This document shows, piece by piece, positions 12,591 through 25,316 of a DNA stretch of 64,000 nt. The stretch covers positions 434,001 through 498,000 of the forward strand of contig OX597816.1 in the NCBI GenBank assembly GCA_951406725.2. Direction: 5' to 3'. The notes under the pieces are model-generated. The model ran no database searches. It saw nothing but the letters and a program-made list of their open reading frames with translations, and was not told where the DNA came from. Source of the stretch: Octopus vulgaris. Lineage: Eukaryota. Within the stretch, counting starts at the first letter, position 1. Each line of letters starts with the position of its first letter. The position numbers and the translations under genes were made by a program.

Positions 12591-12841
12591 TTGCACTTCA
12601 ATTTTCCACCAGGCATACAAATGCAGTTTTTACAACCTATTGTTATTTCTTTGCCAACTTCAATTTGACTATGTCCAAGGAGATGACAAAATTTTTCTTT
12701 GACAATGACTGGATTTGAATTATTAAGTGGGTATCTGGCATCCTCACAGCTTAATCCTGGATAGAATCCAACAACTTCTTGTTCTTCATATGGATTATTC
12801 GAATGTCTGTGAAATTTTCTGCAAGCAGACACACTCAGAAC
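12591..12841 (-). CDS. Exon: Cys-rich linker and partial vWC-like module (...GFYPGLSCE...FCHLLG...GCKNCICMPGGKLKC)
   Basis: tgtttacag|GTT ... TGC AA|gtaagt; phase 0 to 2, matching the next exon. Confidence 0.85.
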
Positions 12842-12991
12842 CTGTAAACAACAAAAATTATAAATAAAAAGAAATGCACTCCACCAATATCGACCAGTTA
12901 CAATCTAAATAATAGCTTTCTGCAGTTTAAAAGATTGTTGCCAATAGATTTTACTTTTAAAAATAATGTTTAGTATGTTTATAAGAGTTAA

Positions 12992-14431
12992 CCCTTTCAT
13001 TACTATATTTCTGACCAAAATACACCCCTTATGTGTTTCAATTAATTTCTAACATAATCATAAATTTAGTCTGGTTTCATTAAACAACTATAACTTTTTT
13101 ATTTATCAATATACTAGTAGTATCGCCCGGCGTTGCTCAGGTTTGTAAGGGAAATAACTATAAAGCATTTTTAGAGAGTTATAGCCAAAAAATAGCAAAA
13201 AAATGGAAAAAAATGATGGTAAATTTTTTTTTTAGTTAAAAAAGGTGGAGTTGCGTCCCCTAGACAGTTTGCGGTTTGTGTTTCGAATTTATCGATTTTT
13301 TTCAGAACTGGGGGAACTTTTCAAAATTTTCGCTGCGTTAGTTTTGAATTATGACATTGGGCTATGTGTGTGTCAAGTTTCATCAGAATCGGTTGAAAGC
13401 CGTAGTCAGGGTGAGGGTACAAGCAAACAGACACACAGAAACACGCACAGACAAACTGCCGTTTATATAGAGAGAGATTAACGTGAATTTTGGAAGATAA
13501 TTTAATGAAATGTTCTCGACCAATTCTATACTATAATTTTTGTCACAAAGTGACTCTAATTGCAGGTAGATACAGGTAAATTCAACAAGATATAAAATTA
13601 TTAAAATTTTGTTCAAACATCGCTATAGAAAATGGGTTATTAGCTAATATTCAATTGGGTATACAACAAAATTTTACGATAGAATTTGTTATTCTGGGTA
13701 ACTTTCTGATACCTATAATAATATTTATGGCAAAATAGTCTTAATTTCATTTAAGGTTGTGGGAAACCACTAACAATCCTTTCTTTCATTTTGTTTACAT
13801 TCAACGTAACGGTTCGTTTCCGCCGTAATGATTTCAAATAGGCTCATTCGAAAAAGTAAAAAGAAATAGTCTAAGGCTTTACTCTTCTGGGAAAGTCTGT
13901 AGCTTGGTCCAGTTTCTGCAGAAAAATCACCGAAAGAAACAGTTTTAAAATTTTCACTCCATTCAGGTGCCAATTCATTTTCTTTATCGCTGTCGGAGCT
14001 CTCGGATTCACTGTTTTCACTTTCGGAAAATGAAACATCAGATTCATTATCAAATACCACATGCTTTTTTTTTTCAGTCATAGAGTTAGATTTATGAAGG
14101 TCTTCAGTAGAAAATCCTTCGAATTCTGACTCGCTGCTTGATATAATGAAATTCGTATCCATTTTTTGTCAGAATTACAAATTTTGAAAACACAATAGGA
14201 ACAAATTTCAGAAAAAAATCTCCCAAAATTCACGGAATTAAAATTACACTTCGATTTTTGTACAAAACTGTAGTTGAACTCTTTACAAAGTATAATACCT
14301 ATTTTCATGAATGTACTAAAGAGATTTGCTCTGATATTCTCATTTAAATATGAATAGGTAAATTCGGGCGGCTTTGGGCGGTTTGGTCACATTAACCAAA
14401 ATATTTTTCGGGCGGTTTGGTAACGAAAGGG
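12992..14431 (-). mobile_element. piggyBac deletion derivative with TIRs, TTAA TSD and transposase N-terminus
   Basis: TTAA|CCCTTTCATTAC ... GTAACGAAAGGG|TTAA. ORF 13770-14162 has an acidic N-terminus and ALDYFFLLF...IITAETNRY (piggyBac transposase motif). Confidence 0.85.
13114..13477 (-). mobile_element. Non-autonomous Helitron nested in the piggyBac element
   Basis: Minus strand: A|TCTCTCTCTATATAAACGGC ... hairpin CCTGAGCAACGCCGGG ... CTAG|T. Confidence 0.8.
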
Positions 14432-14454
14432 TTAAACTTAATTTTATTGTTAAA

Positions 14455-15162
14455 CTAGCAGCATCCCCCGGCGTTGCAGTTTGTTGAGACCCTTTAGAAT
14501 TGGAATTTTTGAAAAGTAAAAATTTGGCAGTATCATCATCATCATCATTTAGCATGGGTTGGACGGTTCAACTGGGGTCTGGGAAGCCAGAAGGCTGCAC
14601 CAGGCCCAGTCTGATCTGGCAGTGTTTCTATGGCTGGATGCCCTTCCTAACGCCAACCACTCCGTGGGTGTAGTGGGTGCTTTTTACGTGCCACCCGCAC
14701 AGGTGCCAGACGGGGCTGGCAAACGGCCACGAACGGATGGTGCTTTTTATGTGCCACCGGCACGGGGGCCAGGCAAGGCTGGCAACGGCCACGATCGGAT
14801 GGTGCTTTTTACGTGCCACAGGCACGGAGGCCAGTTGGGGCGGCGCTGGCAACGGACACAGTCGGGTGGTGCTTTTTACATGCCACCGGCAAGGGGGCCA
14901 GGCGAGGCTGGCAACAGCCACGATCAGATGGTGCTCTTTATGTGCCACCGGCACGGAGGCCATTCGGGGCGGCACTTGTTATTCTCTTTAAGTGAAATAC
15001 ACCGAAAAATGGTGACACAGCAGTCAAAACATTGTAAAAATTAGGGATTTTCATAGAAAAAAGGCACCTTTTTGATGTAAATAATTTTTGGTGTTAACAT
15101 GGTCCGATTTGAATTTTTTCTTCTATGGAAGGAAGAGTTAGCCTTCTTCTATCATACTCTCA

Positions 15163-15193
<31 letters not shown>

Positions 15194-15647
15194 ATATATA
15201 TATATATATATACATACATACATATATATATACATATTAATAGGAAAAAACCCTCCAGGCTACATCCTGAAAATTCATTTCTTTGCCGAATTTCTACAAT
15301 GTTTATGGCGATTCATTTTTATATCTTGATTTTTTATTTTTCATGCAATTTACGCATGCTTGCACGCATGGTGAACACAGTTCACATCAAACAGCTGACT
15401 GAGTAAAGTTCACTATTCAATGCATGGGATAAGGCCTAAACAAACACATTATCAATTTTTGCACTTGCGAGATGAATTTCAGAACAGAAATAGCGCAGTT
15501 CAATTTTCATTCACCTAAACTTTAAGTGACTCATTTTTGGTGGTTCTACGATTTGTTGGCTAGGAGGAGATGTGCCGGGAAGTTAAACACACAGACACAC
15601 ACACAGATACACACACAGACACACAAGTTGAGTTTTATATATATAGA
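14455..15647 (-). mobile_element. Non-autonomous Helitron (related family) containing an RTE 3'-end insertion at about 14530-14975
   Basis: 5' A|TCTATATATATAAAAC; 3' GCAACGCCGGGGGATGCTG-CTAG|T. Confidence 0.7.
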
Positions 15648-16654
15648 TATACAAACCTTATATTATTTACAGTGCACCTGAGCACTACATACAATAATTT
15701 CATTATTATTATCATTATTATAGTAAACCTGTGAGCACAAGCAACCACTATGGGGACCATTAAAGCCCTGTGGTGAAAACAGAAATAGCCATTAATGAAT
15801 AATCTATATCTGAAAACTGAATGGCCAATATTGGCACTGCTAATGTTCTATGACTGAAATTTGAGTAGCCAAATACAATTTAACTTTACTGAAATGATCC
15901 TTGACATACCAGTTTGTTATCTTAAAATCCTTACTAAACCTACCATTTACCCTAAATTGTTGATGGTTAAAACTTTCGGTTCTTAACTGTTGTGGAAGGA
16001 TTCTGACAAGCCCCAAGTGACAAAAGGTGGATTGAAACATTGCTATAAAATAAAGAGCTGTCAATTGTTCAGGTTGAGCAGTTCACTGTTGGCAGAGAGC
16101 ATTTAACCTCAATGTAACAGTAATCGTAGAGCATCGTGTGAATACTTACTCACTCTCTCTCTCTGCTCCATTAAATCATATATCCAGCAGCAGGATATAA
16201 AATTAACAGATGTCAGCTTACTTTATCTTAGTTAAAGTATCAGGTGTAAAGTCCTTGGTTGTCAAAACTAGACAATAATCAATTATACAGCAGACCTCAT
16301 CAATGTTTTCGACATTTAAGTATTGCACATCTTCATCCAACTGGATGTGTGTGTGTGTGTAAGTGTGTGTGTGTGTGTGTAAGAACGTTTGTGTGCTTCC
16401 TTGTCTGATATTGTGCAATAGTTGCAAACAAGTGTTACCTCATACAAGTGAGGTTATTTGCTTCCTATCCTCCTTGGAAACATATCCAGCTATGGAGTAA
16501 TATTATCTGGCTTGGAAACAGGTGAGAGTTAGTGAATAGAAGAGTATCCAGCCATAGAAATCTACCTCAATGAATCCTACCCAATTCATGGAAGCATAGA
16601 AAAATAGACATTAAAATGATGATGATGATGATGATGATAGTAAATCATCTCCAC

Positions 16655-16685
<31 letters not shown>

Positions 16686-17205
16686 CTCATTTTGCTTTCA
16701 TAATCCAAAAAGTAAACAAATTTTTTATTTCATTTTTTTAAGGAATTTTATTCCAAAATGTTATCAAGAAAGTAATCAGCAGTTCACTCCTTTCACAAAA
16801 ATTAAGGATTTCTAAAGCAATGCACCATCATCATCATCATCATGGTCTTTTAACATCTACTTTTCCATGCTTGCATGGGTTAGACAAGAGTTTGTTGAGT
16901 CAGTGTTTTTTTTACAGCTGAATGACATTCCTAATGCCAACTTGTTTCCATGTTAGTTAATAATCTCCCAGTTTACTGAATAATAAGCAACACCATACAA
17001 ATGAGCAAACACGTGCAAAAATAAGGGAAAATATGAACTTGCACACATACACACACGCAACATGCTTCTTTCAGTTTCCATCTATCAAATCCATATGCAA
17101 GGCTTAGAGCAGAAAACACTTGCCACATTGGGAAGTGAACTTCTTAACCACAGAGTCCCGCCTGTACCTACAATGCATCATGGAATCAAAAACAATTCAA
17201 CAGAC

Positions 17206-17348
17206 CTGACAGCTTTTCTGGACAGATTGCCTTCCCTTTATTATGTCTTCTCTTTTTATAGAATATTGGTAAATACAGCAAGCACCAAACAGGGTATTCT
17301 TCTGACATTCTTCCAATGATTTGAAATTGTTTACATTGCCACCACAAC
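17206..17348 (-). CDS. Exon: Kunitz C-terminus and GACC Cys motif (GCGGNVNNFKSLEECQKNTLFGACC...KSCQ)
   Basis: gctttccag|GT TGT GGT GGC AAT GTA AAC AAT TTC completes the FxYxGCxGNxNNF Kunitz signature across an 11.5-kb intron; donor CAG|gtctgt. Confidence 0.9.
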
Positions 17349-18124
17349 CTGGAAAGCGATTTAAAAAAAACGGTTAAAAATCATATATTCACAATCCATG
17401 CAAGATAATATTTTTCCCATGGCCAGATGCATTTTACAGAAGACTGAAAATGAACAGAGCTTTGATAGATGGAAACTGAAAGAAGCCCATTGTGCATGTG
17501 TGTGTGTGTGTGTGCATGCATGTGTAGGTGTGCCCTTGTCTGGGCATCATGTAACAGATGTAAGCAAATAACACCATCACAGAAGCAATGTCGTTCCTTT
17601 CCAGTCTTCTGCAAAATATGTCTGGCCAAGGGGAAATAGAACCTTGCTTGGAAAAAGGTGAGGGTTGGCAACAGGAAGAGTATCCACTTGTAGAATATCT
17701 GCCTCAGTAAATTCCACATGACCCATGGAAACATAGGGAAGTGAACATCAAACTAATCATGATGATGATGATGATAGTGAAAGTGTGTATATGTTTGTGC
17801 ACACATGTGCAAAATTAACCATGTGTGTTTTCCACAAACTAAAAATTCTGTTGGAAGTGAACTTTACATTGATAAACTGAAAAACAGCACAAATCGGTCA
17901 GAAAATATAATTTTCATTTTCTCTTTTCCTTTTTGCAAAATTTATTTTGTGAAAAACCTGCCAAATCAGATATGTTGCACTTCAAATTAAAGATAAGGAT
18001 TCTCCTACTTTTAGTAAATGCTGTTTTGTGAAAACGCTTATTATAAATAAAAAGCCCTTTTTTTTTCTCAATAAAACCTTTTTATGTGAAAACAACACCA
18101 TTATCTTTAAATATATATAATATA

Positions 18125-20997
18125 ACAATGGGCATGTTGGACGGCATGGTGGGGGCTTCTATGGCGCACATGGAGGCTACGGTTATGGTTCCCGCAACGA
18201 GGAGGGAACCAGGCTGCTGAAGTTCTGCGATACAAATAGTCTTATGGTTTGCAACACAAACTTCAGGAAACCTACCAGCCACCTAGTCATCTACTGATCG
18301 GGTCGACATACTAGCCAAATTGACTACATCCTTGCCAGGAAAAAGGAAAGATGGCTGCTTATAAATGCCAAAACCTTCCCAGGTGAAGAATGTACCCCAC
18401 AACATAGATAGGTAGTTAGTGACTTTAGGATCAGGACTAAGAGGACGACCAACATGGAGAAGAAGGGTCTGGAAGCTTAAAGATCCTGCGAATGGACAGA
18501 GATTTAGAGACATATTACTTGAAGCCTTTGACGAAATACAAGAGGATATAGCTTCAAATGGGGTAGAAGACAACTGGAGGTCTCTAAGGGACAACCTGCT
18601 GAGAGCCACTGACCAGATCTGCTGTTGGTGCAAAGTCCCCTCAAGATCCAAAATAATGTGGTGGTGGAACAATATTGTTGACAGGGCTATTAGACAAAAG
18701 AAACAGGCTTGGAAGGACTGGAAGAACGGTGGTAGCAGGGAAGTGTATCAGACTGCCAGAAGGGAAGCTAGGAGGCAGGTGTATTTAGCCTGAGGGGAAG
18801 CAGATAAGAAAAAATTTGCCACTGTTCTGCGCCGTGAGGATGAAAGACTTGAGGTATTTCGTGTTGCAAGACAGTGTGTGAGAGAGAATCGTGATGTGGT
18901 AGGAGAGAAATGTGTTCGCAAGGATTATGGTTCACTTGCGCTAAATGAGGATGCAAAGTGAGAGGTTTGGAGACACCACTATGAAAGGTTGCTGAATAAA
19001 GAAAATGAATGTGATAAAGAGAGTCTGCCAAATGTCGACCCAATAGAGGGACCAGCTATCCGAGTTGACAGTTCCTTGATAGTTAAGGCAATTAGAAGCA
19101 TGAAGACAGGGAAAGCCCCAGGCCCATCAGGAATTACTGCAGAGATGCTCAAAATATCTGGTAGTGTTGGCTATAGCCTAGTCACCCGTATAGTTAACTA
19201 GATGATACACAAAGGAGTCATTCCCAATGACTGGTATAGCATCATAATAGTCAACTGCTACAAAGGTAAAGGTGACGCCCTAGATACAAATAACTACAGG
19301 GGTATCAAGCTGTTGGATCAGGTAATAAAGGTCACATCCCAACTAATTAGAGAAAGAGTCAGTTTAGATGAGATGCAGTTTGGGTTCGTGCCAGGGAAAA
19401 GTACCACTGATGCTATATTCCTGGTAAGACAGCTGCAGGATAAGCCCCTGTACCTGGCTTTCGTTGACATGGAGAAAGCCTTCAACAGGGTCCCCCGATC
19501 CCTTATCTGGTGGTCAATGAGGAAACTAGGGATAGATGAATGGTTAGTGAGAGCTGTGCGAGCCATGTACAGGGACGCAGCTAGTAAGGTGAGCGTTGGC
19601 AATGCGTACAGTGAAGAATTCCGGGTAGAGGTTGGGGTCCACCAAGGTTCAGTTCTCAGCCCCCTCCTATTTATCATAGTCCTCTAGGCAATAACGGAGG
19701 AATTCAAGACAGGATGCCCCTGGGAGCTCCTCTATGCTGATGACCTTGCTCTAATTGCTGAGTCACTATCAGAACTGGAGGAGAAGTTTCAGGTGTGGAA
19801 TCGAAGGGCCTTAGAGTCAACCTAGCTAAAACCAAAGTCCTAATAAGTAGGAAGGTAGACAAGTCACAAACGCCTTCAGGTAGATGGCCCTGCTCGATCT
19901 GTAGAAAAGGCGTAGGTAGAAACCCTATAAGATGCACCAAGTGTAAGCTATGGACACATAAGAGGTGTAGCAATGTCAAAGGAAGGCTAACTAGGAAGAT
20001 AGTTTTTGTATGTGGCAGATGCTCAGGAGCAATAAACACTGAAAAACTAGAAATAGTTATCTAGGGTAGCAGGAGTGGGTGTGCTGAAAGTGTAACTGCT
20101 AGAGTAAGAATAGCCTGGGCAAAGTTCAGAGAGCTCTTACCCCTGCTAGTGACAAAAAGCCTCTCGCTCAGAGTAAAAGGCAGACTGTATACGAACAGCC
20201 ATGCTACATGGTAGTGAAACATGGGCTGTGACTGCTGAGGATATGCGTAAGCTCGCAAGAAATGAAGCCAGTATGCTCCGATGGATGTGTAATGTCAGTG
20301 TTCATACTCGACAGAGTGTAAGTACCTTGAGAGAAAAGTTGAACTTAAGAAGCATCAGTTGTGGTGTGCAAGAGAGACGGCTGTACTGGTATGGTCATGT
20401 GACGAGAATGGCTGAAGATAGTTGTGTGCAAAAGTCCTACACCCTAGCAGTTGAGGGAACCTGTGGAAGAGGTAGACCCAGGAAAACCTGGGACGAGGTG
20501 GTGAAGCACGACCTTCGAACTTTAGGTCTCACAGAGGAAATGACTAGAGACCGAGACCTATGGAAGTATGCAGTGCATGAGAAGACCCGGCAGGACAAGT
20601 GAGACCATAACCCATGGCCTCTACCTGAGATGTAGCCAGTCCACTTATGCATACCTTTCCTTCTTGGGACACAAAACTCTACTTGTGAAGACCCGTTGAG
20701 GCAAGTGAGAATCAGAATCAAAATCAAAATCGATCAACATCAATGGAAATTGTAGCTGGGATACCAGTGCTGGTGGCACGTAAAAAGCACCATCCGACTG
20801 TGGCCGTTTGCCAGCCCCGTCTGGCACATAAAAAGCACCCACTACACTCACGGAGTGGTTGGCGTTAGGAAGGGCATCCAGCCGTAGAAACATTGCCAGA
20901 TCAGACTGGGCCTGGTGCAGCCTTCTGGCTTCCCAGACCCCAGTTGAACCGTCCAACCCATGCTAGCATGGAAAGCTGATGATGATGATGATGATGA
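18125..20997 (+). mobile_element. RTE-clade LINE, near full-length ORF relic (APE + RT + PHD-like finger) with 3' UTR and (GAT)n tail
   Basis: GYGSRNEEG and QIDYIL (endonuclease); NYRGIKLL, QFGF, VDMEKAFNRVPR, GVHQGSVLSPLLF, LLYADD and WYGHV (RT); several stops and frameshifts. Confidence 0.92.
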
Positions 20998-21103
20998 TAT
21001 GTAATAAAAATATTTATCATCATCTACAATATATGAAGAAAAACTTGTTTTAGTCTGCAAAAATGTATAAAAATATTTAGCACATTTTCAACCCTTCCCT
21101 TTT

Positions 21104-21159
<56 letters not shown>

Positions 21160-23184
21160 GCAATATAATAATTGTTGAAAATGCAGCCAAATTTCACAAA
21201 TATGATAAACAGTACCATAAAACCTAATATATATTCATATTATTGGTAAGATAGCTCTTTATTACAACAAAGTGTAAATGCACACATATTTTCCTTTAAA
21301 CCTCCCTCCTTCTCCTCCTCCCTAACACAAACTGTTACATTAATCTTGTAAGCTTCAACATCATCTTAAATGTCAAAGTAATTCTAGTATTTTCATATAT
21401 ATTTTTATCAGGCTCTCTTCAAAGACACAAAGACACATATAGAAGTAAATATAATTCCTACAGTTTTCCTCTTCTTGCAAAGAACTTTCCCTCTTATGCT
21501 ACACTAAGCCAAATATTCAAAGACATAAGAATAAACAACAACCTGCCTCTTTGAGCATTTCATTTTATAACTCATAATATTAGGACAAAAACTAAATAAA
21601 TAAAATACGAATGAAATTGTGATACAAAGAAGGTCAAATTATACAGTGTAATTGGTTGGTTGCTAAGTGTCATAGAATACCAACTCAAAAACTGTTTCTG
21701 AAGTGTTTAGAAATGACACCAATTAAAGAATTATTCCAAGCATTTTCACAAAATATCTACTCGTATACAACTACAAACAAATGGAATATGTTCAGACAGT
21801 AGGTTTAGTTTTATTTCAGTATTTTTAACGAAGTTATTTTAATATTTGATTCAATGTTAAAATGGTTTTTAATATTTCTTTTACTATTGTCCACTGAAGA
21901 CTAAATACATCTCATCAAAGTCATTTGCCTAAATGGTTAATCGCATTCACACACGCTTAACTTTCATAACACGCATCAGCATCATTGCTTTAATGTTCAT
22001 TTTTCCATTCTTGCATGGGTCAATTGAGGCAGATTTTCTACAACCCAATGCCTTTCTGTTGCCAGGCCTCACCTGTTTATAAGCAAGGTAATATTTCCCA
22101 TGATCAGACATGTTTTTTCACAAAAGGCTGGAAACAGACAACCTCGTTAAACATAATGACAATGCTCATTTACAATCATCACATGACAGGGTACAACACA
22201 AACAACACACCTAGACATATCATCATCATCGTTTAACGTCCACTTTCTATACTGGCATGGGTTGGACAGTTTGACTGAGAGCTGGAAAGCCAGGAAGCTG
22301 CACCAGGCCTCAATCAGATTTGGCAAAGTTTGTACAGTTGGAAACTCTTCCTAATGCCAACCACTCCGAGAGTTTGATGGATGCTTTTTATGTGCCACAT
22401 CCATCAACCTCAAGAGGCCATAGATCTGTGCCTGAGGACATCGGCTGCTGATGGTGGTGCCGCATCTGTTGTGACTGTAGAAGCCCACACTGGGATGTGG
22501 CAGTCATGCATGCAGCGACTGCATTCGAGTGCACTTTTCTTTGATGGCGAGTACCTATTTTTCCTCCTGCTCTCTTCATTCCGTTTCATAGTATTTGCCT
22601 CCAGTGTGGGTAATCCTTTGCAACCTCCTCCCATCCAGAGATGTCCAGATCAAGCAACTTCATATCCCTTTTACAGACGTCCTTGAAACAAAGATGGGGT
22701 TACCCTCGAGCTCTTGTGCCAGTGGTCACTTCTATCATTTTCAATGTTTGAGTGTTTGAAGGAGAGGATTTCAAAGGCAAAACATAGGACAAAAAAATAG
22801 CAAGAAAAAGAAAAACTTTAAAAATACAAGAATCAAAGAAGCTGGATGTATTTGCAATAAATGCAAGATTGTAATTTGAGTCGAGGAATGGATTTTGCTG
22901 TTAAGTCTCAATGGAGACATTAATGGTTTTGAATTTGCCTGGGATTGAGCAAATGTCTGTTGATTGCAGGATAGAATTCTTTTGCTGTTCTGTTTCTTTA
23001 ACTCAATTTGTGTGGTAAGATGCTTGTTTCCAATCCACATGGTTCCAGATTTAGTCTCGCTGTGTAGCACCTTGGGCAAATGTCTTCTACTATAGATATG
23101 GGCCAACCAAAGCCTTGTCGGTGGAAAAGGTAAACAGAAACTGAAATGAAGCTCATTTATGGCTGCATCTCCTCCATACATATA

Positions 23185-24031
23185 CGGGGTGCGATGGGTA
23201 AATTGTCGCCAGTTTATATTTTTTATTTCATGTACACACATTGTTTGTTTTTGATTTTGTCAATTGTACAGTATAGTAGGGTCAGTTGGGCACTGTCTGT
23301 GAGAAAAACAGCACCATGATGCAATTCACTCTGCCAGAAATTTGGAAATGACATGTTGTACAGCTTGACATTCGCACCTGATATTCCAATATGAACATTT
23401 AAGAGTGTTTAGGTGTCAATCTTAGAACATGTACTGAGAGCGACAAAAATCAAACATCCAGTCAACATCATGGTGTTTGAAGTGATCACTAGTGACGGTG
23501 ATGTTATGCCTCAATTCATCTTCCCATATGGCCTCAGATTCAACATGGAGGCCTACATCAAGTGCCTAGAGAAAGTAATGCTACCCTGAGTCAAGAGGGT
23601 GGCTGCTGGAAGACAGTCTGGCAACAGGACTCTGCACCATGTCACACATGCAGGAGAAACCAGTCATGGCTGTCAGACAATTTCTGCGACCACATTACCC
23701 CTAACATCTGGTCACCTAACTCCCCAGACTGCAACCCCCTTGATTATTATGTGTAGGGCATAGTTGAGACAGCAACAAAACTCCTTGTAACACCAAAGAT
23801 AAACTGAAGGTAAGGATTATGGCAGCATTCACCAATTTAAATAAGGAGACCATAGGAGAAGAGTTGCAGGAGATTCCGAAATCATCTGGAGGCTGAGGTC
23901 GAAGCCAAAGGTGATTTTATTGACAAAGTTTACTCTTTATGTAACTTTGGTAAATATATCTGTTAAAATGAGATGTCAATGTTATTTTCATTTCTGCATA
24001 ATTTAGACAACAGTTTATTCACCGCACCCTG
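23185..24031 (+). mobile_element. Tc1/mariner DD37D (maT-type) transposon relic
   Basis: TA|CGGGGTGCGATGGGTAAA ... TTTATTCACCGCACCCTG|TA. WQQDSAPCH...WSPNSPDCNPLDY has 37 residues between the last two Asp. Confidence 0.8.
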
Positions 24032-24055
24032 TATGTGTGTGTGTGTGTGTGTTTG

Positions 24056-24086
<31 letters not shown>

Positions 24087-24187
24087 GGGGGGGGGGGGTA
24101 TGAGAGGTACTGGTGTCAAAAAGACCCAAAGGTAACAATGATACGAATGAGGAGTCCAACACAGGTCGTGTATTAGCAAGCATATAT

Positions 24188-24453
24188 ATAAAAATCAACA
24201 GAATGAGATAAAAAAATCCAAGGCTGTGAATAGTTTTCAGAACATTTATAAAGAGGTCTTACAGCTGATTCCGGGATATTTAATATATCCCTTCATCAGA
24301 GACGGTGCGAGAAAATGTTTATGTAATAGTTATTATAGAGAAGGGATGATGGGATATATAAAATATCCCAGAAACAGCTGTAAGACCTCTTTATAACAGT
24401 TCTGAAAATTATTCACAGCCTTGGATTTTTTTATTACATTCTGTTAATTTATA
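24188..24453. mobile_element. Inverted Penelope-like pseudo-LTR pair, each arm carrying a hammerhead motif
   Basis: Arms of about 110 bp (24188-24297 and 24345-24453). Minus-strand arm: GUCU-CUGAUGA-aGGGAUAU...AUAUCCCg-GAAU-CAGCUG-UA-AGAC. The plus-strand arm has GAAA-CAGCUG-UA-AGAC. Confidence 0.7.
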
Positions 24454-24814
24454 CCAAAACAGACAGTGAAGCCTGGTGCAGTTTTCTGCCTACCCAGCTC
24501 CTGTCAAACCGTCCAACCCATGCCAGCATGGAAAATGAACAATGATATATGAATAGCAGTATAGTATTTCCTGTTTGTATAGTTAGGTGTACGACTGCTA
24601 CTGGTGAACTTAGTGCTCCATGCATTTGATCTGTGTCAGCATAATGTAATACTGTTCCCCCTGAAGAACTGTTGTGAATTTGCATCCAATTGCACTATGG
24701 ACACCCACTGCAGAGGATGCCAATAGCCACAATGGTGAAATATGTGTAGGGAAGAAACGGCATAAACTGCATCTTGCATTTATCATACATCTTCCTATAT
24801 ATATATATATATAT

Positions 24815-25150
24815 TGGGACCCCCTTCGGTCACACCACTGACCATGAGATTGCACCAAGAAAGTTACCCTCCTAGTCACAAGTCTGGGCAAGGTGGTTTA
24901 TGGAAGACCAGCAGTCGCCCATGCATATCGGCCTCCTCTCTCCATGCCACCAGTGTTATCCAAGGGAAAGGCAGCAGCCGATACAGCTTGGCACCCGTGA
25001 CGTCGCAACTCATTTCTACAGCTGAGTTAACTGGAGCAACGTGAAATAAAGTGCCTTGCTCAAGAACACAACATGCAGCCTGGTCCGGGATTCGAGCTCA
25101 ACCTCACGATCGTAAGCTCGATGCTCTAACCACTCAGCCATGCGCCTTCA
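24815..25150 (-). mobile_element. tRNA-derived SINE
   Basis: Minus strand GGCGCATGGCTGAGTGGTTAGAGC (A box) ... GAGCTCGAATCCCGG (B box), then GTGTTCTTGAGCAAGGCACTT. Related SINE heads at about 23010, 48400-48550, 51470 and 62295. Confidence 0.7.
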
Positions 25151-25152
25151 CT

Positions 25153-25190
<38 letters not shown>

Positions 25191-25280
25191 ATGGAATTTA
25201 CAAAAAAAAACAAAAGACGAAGACAGGTGTATAAATAACAAACAGGTGTATTAGTTTAATGCTTGGGAAGGTGAGAAAGT

Positions 25281-25316
25281 CTTTTATGTTTCAAGCCTAC
25301 AATCTTCAACAGAAAG
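25281..25316 (-). ncRNA. Degenerate minimal hammerhead-like motif in a Penelope-like fragment
   Basis: CUUU-CUGUUGA-AGAUUGUAGGCUU-GAAA-CAUA-AAAG; core variant, weak stem II. Confidence 0.35.

Noticed and set aside
24545-24800. Cys-rich, coding-looking segment in the Kunitz intron
   Set aside because: The Kunitz domain is contiguous across this intron, leaving no room for an exon; no consistent frame or motif, probably an old TE fragment.
25075-25150. tRNA-like sequence
   Set aside because: A and B boxes are present, but there is no proper acceptor stem and it runs into a SINE body; a SINE head, not a tRNA gene.
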